From Phycisphaera mikurensis NBRC 102666 (GTDB lineage: Bacteria; Planctomycetota; Phycisphaerae; Phycisphaerales; Phycisphaeraceae), in NCBI RefSeq assembly GCF_000284115.1, contig NC_017080.1, positions 3,771,226 to 3,803,225 on the forward strand: 32,000 nt of DNA, in the 5' to 3' direction. The notes under the pieces are model-generated. The model ran no database searches. It was not told the DNA's origin and worked only from the letters and a program-made list of their open reading frames with translations. A program made the position numbers and the translations under genes. Below, piece by piece: positions 17,095 to 26,521 of the stretch (its first letter is position 1; each line of letters begins with the position of its first letter).

Positions 17095-17553
17095 GGGTGC
17101 CACGCCGCTTGCGGGGTGGCGGGCGCGGGAGGCTGTCGCGGCTCGGCCACCCCCCAAAGGGCGTGGCACCCGATCGGTGGAGGACGCGGTGGGTGCCACG
17201 CCGCTTGCGGGGTGGCGAGCGCGGGAGGCTGTCGCGGCTCGGCCACCCCCCAAGGGGCGTGGCACCCGATCGGTGGAGGACGCGGTGGGTGCCACGCCGC
17301 TTGCGGGGTGGCGGGCGCGGGAGGTTGTCGCGACTCGGCCACCCCCCAAAGGGCGTGGCACCCGATCGGTGGAGGACGCGGTGGGTGCCACGCCGCTTGC
17401 GGGGTGGCGGGCGCGGGAGGCTGTCGCGGCTCGGCCACCCCCAAGGGGCGTGGCACCCGATCGGTGGAGGACGCGGTGGGTGCCACGCCGCTTGCGGGGT
17501 GGCGGGCGCGGGAGGTTGTCGCGACTCGGCCACCCCCCAAAGGGCGTGGCACC
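17095..17553. repeat. BIME-like tandem array: 5 units, 96-bp period, each with two inverted REP-like hairpins (10 REPs)
   Basis: gccacgccgcttgcggggtggc starts at 17099, 17195, 17291, 17387, 17482 (steps 96, 96, 96, 95). Each is followed 25 bp later by gccaccccccaa(a/g)gggcgtggc. Confidence 0.93.
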
Positions 17554-17555
17554 CG

Positions 17556-17753
17556 GTCAATGGGGGACGCGGAGCTTGCCGGTGACCGCCGCGGAGATCA
17601 GCGCGGAGCGGCGTTCGAGGAGGAGGGCGATGGAGCGATCGGCTTCGGCAAGGAGGGTGTCGAGGTCGGCGAGGCGATCTTCAAGGGCGACCAGAATCTC
17701 GGCGATTTCCTCTTCAGGAGGAACCGCGATCCTGATTGATTCGACCGGAAGCT
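17556..17753 (-). pseudogene. C-terminal fragment of a type I restriction-modification specificity subunit (HsdS)
   Basis: Minus-strand LPVESIRIAVPPEEEIAEILVALEDRLADLDTLLAEADRSIALLLERRSALISAAVTGKLRVPH*. This is the typical HsdS C-terminal coiled coil (..LLxERRSALISAAVTGK..). No DNA-recognition domains are present. Confidence 0.75.
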
Positions 17754-17885
17754 CAAGAAGCTCAAGAAGCTCAAGGGGTACGTCCCCTCGAGAATCTCCC
17801 CTCGAGAATCTCGAGAATCCCTCGAGAATCCGTCCCCTCGAGAATCAGGGGTACGTCCCCTCGAAAATCTGAAAGTCCCTCGAAG
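17749..17885. repeat. Patch of short nested direct repeats (aagctcaag, tcgagaatc, ggggtacgtcccctcga)
   Basis: Read directly: three aagctcaag in tandem, about six (c)tcga(g/a)aatc, and ggggtacgtcccctcga at 17775-17791 and 17848-17864. Confidence 0.85.
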
Positions 17886-17998
17886 ATCCTGCGCTGCTGC
17901 ATGACCGCGTGGCTGCCGCGCCGACGGACTTCCTCGAAGCCTTGGGCTTTGAGCGGGTCGCAGCAGTCCTTCCCCGAGAAGGTCCGCAACCTAGGCAA
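17771..17998 (-). pseudogene. hicA: HicA-like mRNA interferase, C-terminus replaced by repeat-derived sequence
   Basis: LPRLRTFSGKDCCDPLKAQGFEEVRRRGSHAVMQQR is HicA-like up to the GSH block. It then runs into RIFEGLSDFRGDVPLILEGTDSRGILEILEGRFSRGRTP encoded by the short repeats. Confidence 0.7.
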
Positions 17999-18227
17999 CG
18001 CAGACCTCCAGCGAGGTGACGGATACGTCGCCCCGCAGGCGGTCGTCGATCTCGATGGGATCTGCGGCCTCCAGAAAGAGTTCCACCGCTTCTTGCAGGT
18101 TCGCCCGCGCCTCGGGGATCGTGTCGCCTTGGCTCGCGACGTCGACTTCGGGGCAGACGCCGACGTAGCCGTCGCCGTCGGCGGTGATGATCGCGGTGAA
18201 GTGACGGCTCGTTGGAGCATCGTACGT
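17991..18227 (-). pseudogene. hicB: HicB-like antitoxin, no canonical start codon in frame
   Basis: Frame reads (TGA)TYDAPTSRHFTAIITADGDGYVGVCPEVDVASQGDTIPEARANLQEAVELFLEAADPIEIDDRLRGDVSVTSLEVCVA*. Classic HicB core. No ATG/GTG/TTG between the upstream TGA (18228-18230) and the core. Confidence 0.78.
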
Positions 18228-18280
18228 TCAGGCCGCGGACCGTCGCTCATTTCACAATAATCCGCCGACGATCCGCGGAT

Positions 18281-18370
18281 CTGTCCACCCGCGCGTGCGC
18301 GCGACAAAGCGGGTACCGGCACGTGCTGCAAGGCGAGCGGCCCGCTGTCCACCCGCGCGTGCGCGCGACA
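18281..18370. repeat. Two exact 26-bp direct repeats (ctgtccacccgcgcgtgcgcgcgaca), 64 bp apart
   Basis: Copies at 18281-18306 and 18345-18370. Confidence 0.9.
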
Positions 18371-18465
18371 GAGCGGTGCAGCCGAAGCCGCACTGCCGAG
18401 CCGGTGAGACGAGCCCCCGGGTTTCCCGGGAATCCCGTCGAGGATGGACAGCCGCCACAAACGAA

Positions 18466-18484
18466 GCGGCGGGTCTCCCGCCGC
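18466..18484 (-). terminator. Candidate groES-groEL operon terminator
   Basis: Perfect 8-bp arms gcggcggg/cccgccgc with 3-nt loop, 46 nt past the groEL stop. Followed on the minus strand by a T-rich TTCGTTTG. Confidence 0.6.
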
Positions 18485-18529
18485 GGAGGCGTATCCCGTT
18501 CAGGACGCGACCCCCCGGCGAAGCCGGAA

Positions 18530-20266
<1,737 letters not shown>

Positions 20267-20283
20267 TCAGCCGCCGGAACCCG

Positions 20284-20571
20284 TCAGCCCACGACCGCGA
20301 GGACCTCGTCCTCGCCGAGCACGACGTACTCCTCGCCGTCGACCTTGACCTCGGTGCCGCCCCACTTGCCGAGGACGACCGTGTCGCCCTCTTTCACCTG
20401 GAAGGGGAGGACCTCGCCGCTGTCGGTCCTCTTGCCGGTGCCGACGCGGACGACCTTCGCGTGCTGCGGCTTCTCCTTCGCGGACTCGGGCAGGTAGATG
20501 CCGGAGGCGGTTTTCTCTTCGGCCTTGAGGCGCTGGACGAGGATCTTGTCGCCGAGGGGCTTGAGCTTCAT
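20284..20571 (-). CDS. groES: Co-chaperonin GroES
   Basis: MKLKPLGDKILVQRLKAEEKTASGIYLPESAKEKPQHAKVVRVGTGKRTDSGEVLPFQVKEGDTVVLGKWGGTEVKVDGEEYVVLGEDEVLAVVG. Confidence 0.97.
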   Translation of the reverse strand: MKLKPLGDKILVQRLKAEEKTASGIYLPESAKEKPQHAKVVRVGTGKRTDSGEVLPFQVKEGDTVVLGKWGGTEVKVDGEEYVVLGEDEVLAVVG

Positions 20572-20654
20572 CTGCAGGTTCCTTCTTCGAGGGTGGTGGG
20601 GGGAGGGCGGGCGGCGGGTGCCGTCCGTCGAGAAAGCGGGGGGTGCGCTCCGGA

Positions 20655-21200
20655 TCAGGCGGCGGGAGGACGGGTCGCGGCGTCGCCGGGCCAGCGGTCC
20701 TGGTGGCCCCGGCGGAGCACGCGGCGGATCGCTTCGAGCAGGGTGTTGAGCTCGACCGGGCGCGGGATGACGGCGGAGGCGCCCAGCCGGAGCGAGGCGA
20801 GCAGGAGGCGCTCGGCTTGGCGGGGACCCGCGGCGGCGTTGATGACCACGGTGGCGGGGGCACCCTCCATGCGGCGGAGCACCTCGAGCAGCCAGAGACC
20901 CGAGGCGGGCGGGCGGAGCGGGCCGCTGCCGCCGGCGGGGGTGGCGAGGTCGATCACGGCGATGTCGAAGCGCATCCGGCTCGCGGCGTCGAGCGCGGCG
21001 GTTCCGCTAGGAACGCGAGCCGCTTCCACGCCGAGCGGGCCGAGCAGGCGGGGCATCTGGCGGGTCCAGTGCTCATCCGCGTGGACGCGGTCCTCGGTCA
21101 CCAGCAGGCGGAGCCGCGGCTCCGGCCGCGGCAACGCGCCCCCGGCCGGTTCGACCGGGGGACGCGGGTTCGGGGGCGAGGGAAGGGAGGGTGCCACCAT
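20655..21200 (-). CDS. Response-regulator receiver-like protein
   Basis: PRLRLLVTEDRVHADEHWTRQMPRLLGPLGVEAARVPSGTAALDAASRMRFDIAVIDLATP...LLEVLRRMEGAPATVVINAA...ASLRLGASAVIPRPVELNTLLEAIRRVL. CheY-like fold pattern. Start chosen as ATG at 21200. Confidence 0.65.
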   Translation of the reverse strand: MVAPSLPSPPNPRPPVEPAGGALPRPEPRLRLLVTEDRVHADEHWTRQMPRLLGPLGVEAARVPSGTAALDAASRMRFDIAVIDLATPAGGSGPLRPPASGLWLLEVLRRMEGAPATVVINAAAGPRQAERLLLASLRLGASAVIPRPVELNTLLEAIRRVLRRGHQDRWPGDAATRPPAA

Positions 21201-21400
21201 GGCGACGTCTGGAATGCAATCCGCGTACCAGCGGGAGAAGATCCATTGATCGGTGTGGTACGCCTCCGGAGGGCGGGTTAGAGTCGCTGCCCGCAAGCCG
21301 CGGGACTCGCGGGCTGACGAGACGCAAAGCACCGGCGGCCGGCGGTGTCGGATTGGCAGCCGGCAGCCCGCCCGACGGGGGCTCCACGAATCCCGCCGAA

Positions 21401-23386
21401 CCTCCCCGCTTCGCCGAGACACGCTTGCCGCCAGTCCCCGACATCCTCCTCCTGCTTCTCGCCTGGGCGGTGGGCTGCGCGGCCGTGGGTGGGTGGGGCC
21501 TGGCGGCGGCCCGGGCGATGTCGCTGGTGGGGGTGACGCGGGAGGAGCCCAGAGCGGCCGCTCCCGCGGCGGCGGCAAGCCCGCCCCGGGCGGGGCTCGC
21601 GGGGCGCCCGCCGGCGCGGGTGGCGCGGCCCGGGGGCTTGGGCCTGGCGGCGTGGTGGCTGGGCCTGCCGCCGATGCTGCTCTTTCTGCAGGCCTGGCAC
21701 CTGGCGATGCCGGTGGGCTGGCTCGCGTGGCCGGCCGTGCTGGCGATCGCCGCGGCGGGGTACCACCTGGGGCGTGAGGCGGCGGCGAGGTGGCTCCGTT
21801 GGGGCCTCGCCCACCCGGCGGTCCTGGCGGCGACGGGGGTTGCGGCGGTGGCGCTGGCCTGGCGGGTGGCGACGCCGGCCGGGCCCGGGGCCCCGCGGGA
21901 GGTGGCGGCGGCGTGGGAGCCACTGGTGCAGCTGGGCCGCCAGTGGTCGCTGCCGCTGGGTGTGGGCAACCTGTCGGCGGTCTTCGGGCTGAACCACGCC
22001 TGGACGCTGCTCGCCGCGCTCTTCTCGGTGGGCCCTTGGGCGGGGCTTCCCGGCCGGGCCGCGTCGGGGCTGGTGGCGCTCCCGCTGGCCGCGGCGGCGT
22101 TCGCCGGGCTCGCCGCCGCGGCGGGGGCACGCCGCGGGTCCGGCGACGACCGGGCGACGCCGCTGGAAGCGGACGAGCGGGCCGGTGCCCTCGCCGCGGG
22201 CTTCTTCGACGCCGGAGCCGCCCTGCTGCTCGCGGCCTGGATCGCCGGGCCGGGCCTGTCCGCTCCGCTGCCGGGGGTTGGGGCGGGGGCGCTGCTCTTC
22301 GCCGCGACCGGGCAGGCCTTCCGGGGCGTCGCGCCGTCGCTGTGCCCGCACCGCGGCGAGCGGATCGACCGGCTGGCGGTGGCGGTCGTGCTGGCGGCGG
22401 GGGCGGCCGCGGCGCACCCGCCCGCCTGGGCGATCGCCTTCCCGCTGATGCTCTGGTCGGGGTGGGTGCTGCTGGTCACCGACCGGGCCGCGTTGCCGGC
22501 GCGGCGGTCGACCCGCTCCGTCGGCTTCGATCACCACCTCCTCCCCGGGGCGCTCCCGCGGAAGGGCACCGTGATCGCGCTCGCGGTGGGCGTGGGCGCC
22601 CTGGCGGCGGCTTGGGTGCTGCGCAGCCTCTGGACCACCGGGCGGCCGCTGTTCCCCTTCCAGGCCCTCTCTCTGCCGGTGGACTGGGCGGTGTCGCGGT
22701 CCGCGGTGCGCGAGCTGGGCCGCGTGCTCGGCGAGCCGGCGGTGCTGGAGTCGGTGCTTGCCCAAGCCGGGGGGGTGCTCCTGCCCGCAACGGCCGGGGT
22801 GCTCGCCTGGCTGCTGTGGATCGCTCGCGGGGGGGCCGAGGGCCGGCAGCGTCGGACCGCCCCGCTGCCGCTCGTGCTCGCGGCGGGGTTGTCGCTGTCG
22901 CTCTTCGAGCCGGGGCCGACGCCGGGATCCGCGGTCAACGCGGCCGCGGCCGCGGCCATCGCCGCGGGCGGCCTGGCGGCGCTGGCGATGGGCGGGCCGC
23001 GGGGCGGGCGGTCCGCGGGCACGCCGCACCCGTGGCTGCTGACCGGGGCCGTGCTCGTGGCCGCCGCGGGGGTCGCGGTGGCGGCGGCGCTGACGCCAGC
23101 GGCGCCGTCGGCGTCCGCCGCCGATCCGGCGGCTCCGACGCCGCCCCCGCCGCCGCCGATCGCCGCCGACGCCGGGATGCGGCCGTGGGTTTCCGCGTGG
23201 GGGGTGGAGGCGCAGGTGCCCGCCGCCGAGCCCGAGCGGGCCGCGGCGGCCGAAGGCCTGCCGGGCTTCACGCCGCTGCCGTCGGCGGCACGCGAACCCT
23301 CCGCATCGCTCCGCGCGAACGACCCCGCGGACCCCGAGGCGGGGTTCAGGCTGGACCGACGCGACCCGCGGCAGGTCCGATGGTGA
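21401..23386 (+). CDS. Multi-pass integral membrane protein, function unknown (start approximate)
   Basis: DILLLLLAWAVGCAAVGGWGLAAARAMSLVG...LGLPPMLLFLQAWHLAMPVGWLAWPAVLAIAAAGYHLG...GVAPSLCPHRGERIDRLAVAVVLAAG.... Many TM segments. Upstream part of the 731-aa ORF probably non-coding. Confidence 0.6.
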   Translation, partial: PPRFAETRLPPVPDILLLLLAWAVGCAAVGGWGLAAARAMSLVGVTREEPRAAAPAAAASPPRAGLAGRPPARVARPGGLGLAAWWLGLPPMLLFLQAWHLAMPVGWLAWPAVLAIAAAGYHLGREAAARWLRWGLAHPAVLAATGVAAVALAWRVATPAGPGAPREVAAAWEPLVQLGRQWSLPLGVGNLSAVFGLNHAWTLLAALFSVGPWAGLPGRAASGLVALPLAAAAFAGLAAAAGARRGSGDDRATPLEADERAGALAAGFFDAGAALLLAAWIAGPGLSAPLPGVGAGALLFAATGQAFRGVAPSLCPHRGERIDRLAVAVVLAAGAAAAHPPAWAIAFPLMLWSGWVLLVTDRAALPARRSTRSVGFDHHLLPGALPRKGTVIALAVGVGALAAAWVLRSLWTTGRPLFPFQALSLPVDWAVSRSAVRELGRVLGEPAVLESVLAQAGGVLLPATAGVLAWLLWIARGGAEGRQRRTAPLPLVLAAGLSLSLFEPGPTPGSAVNAAAAAAIAAGGLAALAMGGPRGGRSAGTPHPWLLTGAVLVAAAGVAVAAALTPAAPSASAADPAAPTPPPPPPIAADAGMRPWVSAWGVEAQVPAAEPERAAAAEGLPGFTPLPSAAREPSASLRANDPADPEAGFRLDRRDPRQVRW

Positions 23387-23524
23387 GCCCGACGCGACCC
23401 GCGGCGGGTCCGATGGTGAGCCCGACGCGATCCGCGGCAGGTCCGATGGTGAGCCCGACGCGATCCGCGGCAGGTCCGATGGTGAGCCCGACGCGATCCG
23501 CGGCAGGTCCGATGGTGAGCCCGA
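23374..23524. repeat. 33-bp tandem repeat, about 5 copies, spanning the stop codon of the membrane-protein gene and the intergenic space
   Basis: ggtccgatggtgagcccga begins at 23374, 23407, 23440, 23473 and 23506. Confidence 0.95.
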
Positions 23525-23553
23525 GCCCCGTCCCGACGGCGTAGCTTCGCGGC

Positions 23554-24030
23554 GTGCCGACGCCGCCCGTTCCCCCAGCCGACGCCGCCGCGACCGATGC
23601 CCGCGGCCTCCGGGTGCTCGCGCCCGGCGTCGCGGTCCCGCCCGGGGCCGTCACCGAGGCGGCCGTGCGCAGCGGCGGCCCCGGCGGACAGAACGTCAAC
23701 AAGGTGGCCACGAAGATCGTGCTCACCGTCGACGGTACGGCGTTGCTGGACGCTCTGCCGCGCCACGCGCACGCCCGGCTGATCGCCCTCGCCGGCACGC
23801 GCTGGTCCGCCGCCGGGCTGGTCGTCGCGGCGAGCGAAGCCCGCGGCCAGCTCGCCAACCGGCGGGCGGCCCGGCTCCGCGTCCGCGAGCTGCTGGTCGC
23901 GGCCCTGCACCGCCCGACGCCGCGCCGGCCGCGCACGGTGAGCCGCCGGGCGAAGGCCCGCCGGGTGGAGGCCAAGCGCCGGCGGGGCGTCCTCAAGCGG
24001 GGCCGCAGCGACGGCGGAGCCGACGCATGA
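23554..24030 (+). CDS. arfB: Alternative ribosome-rescue factor ArfB / class I release factor domain protein (GGQ)
   Basis: VTEAAVRSGGPGGQNVNKVATKIVLTVD...LIALAGTRWSAAGLVVAASEARGQLANRRAARLRVRELLVAAL... with a Lys/Arg-rich tail. Confidence 0.88.
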   Translation: MPTPPVPPADAAATDARGLRVLAPGVAVPPGAVTEAAVRSGGPGGQNVNKVATKIVLTVDGTALLDALPRHAHARLIALAGTRWSAAGLVVAASEARGQLANRRAARLRVRELLVAALHRPTPRRPRTVSRRAKARRVEAKRRRGVLKRGRSDGGADA

Positions 24031-24596
24031 CCCCCCCCGCCCCGCCCGCTTCTCCCCGGCCCGGCCCGCCCGCGGCGCCAACCCGCTACGTCGTCGCGAC
24101 GCTGTGCTTCCTCTTCGATGCGGAGGGCCGGGTGCTGCTGCTGGAGCGCAGCCGCCCGCCCAACCGGAACCTGCACTCCCCCATCGGCGGCAAGCTGGAG
24201 ACGGCGATCGGCGAGAGCCCCGCCGCCTGCGCCGCCCGCGAGATCCACGAGGAGGCGGGGGTCACGGTGGACGCCGCCGACCTCCACCTCGCGGGGGTCG
24301 TGTCCGAATCGGACTTCCCGGGCGTGGGTCACCTGCTGATGTTCCTCTACGAGGTCACCCGGCCGGTGGCGGTGCCGCCGGGGGCGATCGACGAGGGCCG
24401 GCTCGCCTGGCACGCACCCGAGGACCTGCCGGGCCTGGCGGTGCCCCAGACGGACCGCGAGGTGATCTGGCCGCTGTTCCTCGCCAATCGCGGCGGCTTC
24501 TTCGCCGCCCACATCGACCTCGCCGGCGGGCGTCTGCGGTGGCGGCTGGAGGCGGGCCTTCCCGCCGCCGGCGGAACCCCAGAGCCTGGCGATTAG
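24027..24596 (+). CDS. NUDIX hydrolase
   Basis: Nudix box GGKLETAIGESPAACAAREIHEEAGV. Start overlaps the arfB stop (ATGA). Confidence 0.92.
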   Translation: MTPPAPPASPRPGPPAAPTRYVVATLCFLFDAEGRVLLLERSRPPNRNLHSPIGGKLETAIGESPAACAAREIHEEAGVTVDAADLHLAGVVSESDFPGVGHLLMFLYEVTRPVAVPPGAIDEGRLAWHAPEDLPGLAVPQTDREVIWPLFLANRGGFFAAHIDLAGGRLRWRLEAGLPAAGGTPEPGD

Positions 24597-24844
24597 GGGA
24601 TTTCCCTCAGTATGAGGGCGTAGATTCTTTGCCCGCGGAGCGCCGGGCGGGCGTTAGACTCGGCGTTTCAAGCCGAGACGAACCCGCCCGCCGTGCGTTA
24701 CGCGGCCCAGGCCGCTCCTCTCCCGCACCGGAGGCTCATCATGATCTTGGGGGACTCCCGAGGCGCTCCAACACAACGGCGGTCGACCCCGCACGCGGCA
24801 ATCCGCGTCGGCCGAACCGCCGCGGGGCCGCGAGGCGGTGCCGC

Positions 24845-25897
24845 TTGATCGGCCCGCTCCATGGGAAGGCCTGGGTGCGTCACCTCCTCGCGCACGTCCG
24901 CTGCGACGCCGCCGTGCTCGGGGTGACCGACGGCGGCGAGGCCGCGGACCGCTCGATTCTCGGTCTGTTGAACGCGACCCCCGCCTCGGCGCAGTCCTGG
25001 TGCGAGGGGCCGGATCCGCTGCTCGCCGAGGCGCAGGCCGACGGGCTCGCGACGAGGAACCGCGGGCGCTGCGTGCGCGCGACCGGCCCGCTGGGCGACC
25101 TCCACGAGGCGGTCATCGCGACCCAGCACTTCTGGCCGGGCACGACGCGGCGGTGGTTCCTGCTCGCGGGCCGGCGCGGCGGCGGCTTCAACCCCGCCGA
25201 GCGCGAGCGGCTGGGGCTGGCCCTCACCGGCATCCGCGACGGCTTCATGACGCCGCGTGAGGCGGGGCTCTCGCAGACGGTCCTGCGGGAGGACGGGGAC
25301 CTCGTGCTCATGGATGCGCCCGCCGGCCTGGTGGAGTCCCAACGGCCCGCGACCCGGGGCCTGCGTCACGCCTGCGTGCAACGCGCGGCGAGCGAGCGCT
25401 GGGGCGGGCGGAAGCAGCGGCTCCGCACGCCGCGTGACCTGATCGTCGACCTCGAGGACGGGCTCGGCGCCGTCTGGCTGCGGACCTACCGCTGGTCGCC
25501 CGCGCCGGGCCTGCCGCGGCTGCACTGGGTGCAGCAGCGGCCGGTGGGCGAGCCGGGCCCGCCGCCGGTGGGCGAGCCCGGCGACCTCCGCATCGCCCGG
25601 GCCCTCGCGGTGCTCGGCGACCGGTACCCCGACCCGCCCGGGCTCGGGGCGCTCTCCGAGGAGCTCGGTCTGAGCATGTACCACTTCCAGCGCCTGTTCA
25701 AGGCCGGCGTCGGGTGCTCACCCAAGCAGTACGTGCTCCGGATCCAGCTGATGATGGCTTGCTGGCTGCTGCGGACGACCGGACGCTCCATCGGCGACAT
25801 CGCGGTGTCGACCGGCTTCGGGTCGCCGGGTCACTTCTCCTCGACCTTCCGGGACCACGCGAAGAGAAGCCCGAGCGACTACCGGGCGGCCGGGTGA
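24845..25897 (+). CDS. AraC-family transcriptional regulator (start uncertain)
   Basis: C-terminal PPGLGALSEELGLSMYHFQRLFKAGVGCSPKQYVLRIQLMMACWLLRTTGRSIGDIAVSTGFGSPGHFSSTFRDHAKRSPSDYR. Confidence 0.85.
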   Translation: MIGPLHGKAWVRHLLAHVRCDAAVLGVTDGGEAADRSILGLLNATPASAQSWCEGPDPLLAEAQADGLATRNRGRCVRATGPLGDLHEAVIATQHFWPGTTRRWFLLAGRRGGGFNPAERERLGLALTGIRDGFMTPREAGLSQTVLREDGDLVLMDAPAGLVESQRPATRGLRHACVQRAASERWGGRKQRLRTPRDLIVDLEDGLGAVWLRTYRWSPAPGLPRLHWVQQRPVGEPGPPPVGEPGDLRIARALAVLGDRYPDPPGLGALSEELGLSMYHFQRLFKAGVGCSPKQYVLRIQLMMACWLLRTTGRSIGDIAVSTGFGSPGHFSSTFRDHAKRSPSDYRAAG

Positions 25898-26074
25898 GAG
25901 CTCCGCCGGGCCCGGCGCCGGGGTGCCGCGAGAACCCGCGAGCGCCGCTCCGCCTTCGCGAGTCCCCGCCATTGGGGCGAGCCCCGCTCTCGACCCGAAA
26001 CAACCCTTCCCGCGGCGGAGGCGTATCGTGCACGCCGCGCCCGCCCCCGCCTCTCCTTCAGGACGACGACGACG

Positions 26075-26521
26075 ATGACCACCCCGCCCGAAGCCACGAA
26101 CCTCCCGCTGCCCCCGCGTCGTCGCCTCCTCGCGTCCGCCGTCCTGCCGGCGCTCGCCCTCGCGGCCGTCCTGCTGCCCTCCGCGGGCTGCTCGGCCGAC
26201 AAGCACACCTTCTACTCGACCACGACGGCCCCCAAGTCGGTGGACGTGCGCTACGTCGAGAGCGGCCAGACCGCTTGGTCGAAGGACATCCCCGAGGGCC
26301 ACGAGCTGACGCTGAACTTCAACCGGCCCGGCGAGGGCCTCTTCCGCTCGATGCCCAAGACGCCGGCGACGAAGATGAAGTGGAAGCTGAAGCAGGTCTC
26401 CGCCGGCAGCGACGACCGCGGGCGGCCGACCGACGACCGACAGAACGACTCGGGCACGGTCGACCTCGACGGCCTGCCGATCCAGATGGACGTCCGCGTC
26501 GACGTGGACGCCGCCGGGTGA
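26075..26521 (+). CDS. Small exported/lipoprotein-like hypothetical protein
   Basis: MTTPPEATNLPLPPRRRLLASAVLPALALAAVLLPSAGCSADKHTFYSTTTAPKSVDVRYVESG.... Lipobox-like LPSAGC. Confidence 0.75.
   Translation: MTTPPEATNLPLPPRRRLLASAVLPALALAAVLLPSAGCSADKHTFYSTTTAPKSVDVRYVESGQTAWSKDIPEGHELTLNFNRPGEGLFRSMPKTPATKMKWKLKQVSAGSDDRGRPTDDRQNDSGTVDLDGLPIQMDVRVDVDAAG

Noticed and set aside
16515-17552. 345-aa minus-strand ORF with repeated TPQAAWHPPRPPPIGCHALWG peptide
   Set aside because: The repetitive N-terminal part is simply the BIME DNA array read in frame. Only the RAYT portion (about 16515-17048) is treated as coding.
17095-17553. CRISPR array
   Set aside because: The whole 96-bp unit is repeated including the spacers, with paired inverted hairpins, no unique spacers and no cas genes. 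This is BIME-like, not CRISPR.
20572-20660. CIRCE/HrcA operator upstream of groES
   Set aside because: No TTAGCACTC-N9-GAGTGCTAA-like inverted repeat is visible in the sequence upstream of groES.
23374-23544. Repetitive peptide GPMVSPTRSAA encoded at the end of the 21790..23544 ORF
   Set aside because: That ORF is out of frame with the membrane protein. The peptide is the 33-bp intergenic repeat read through.
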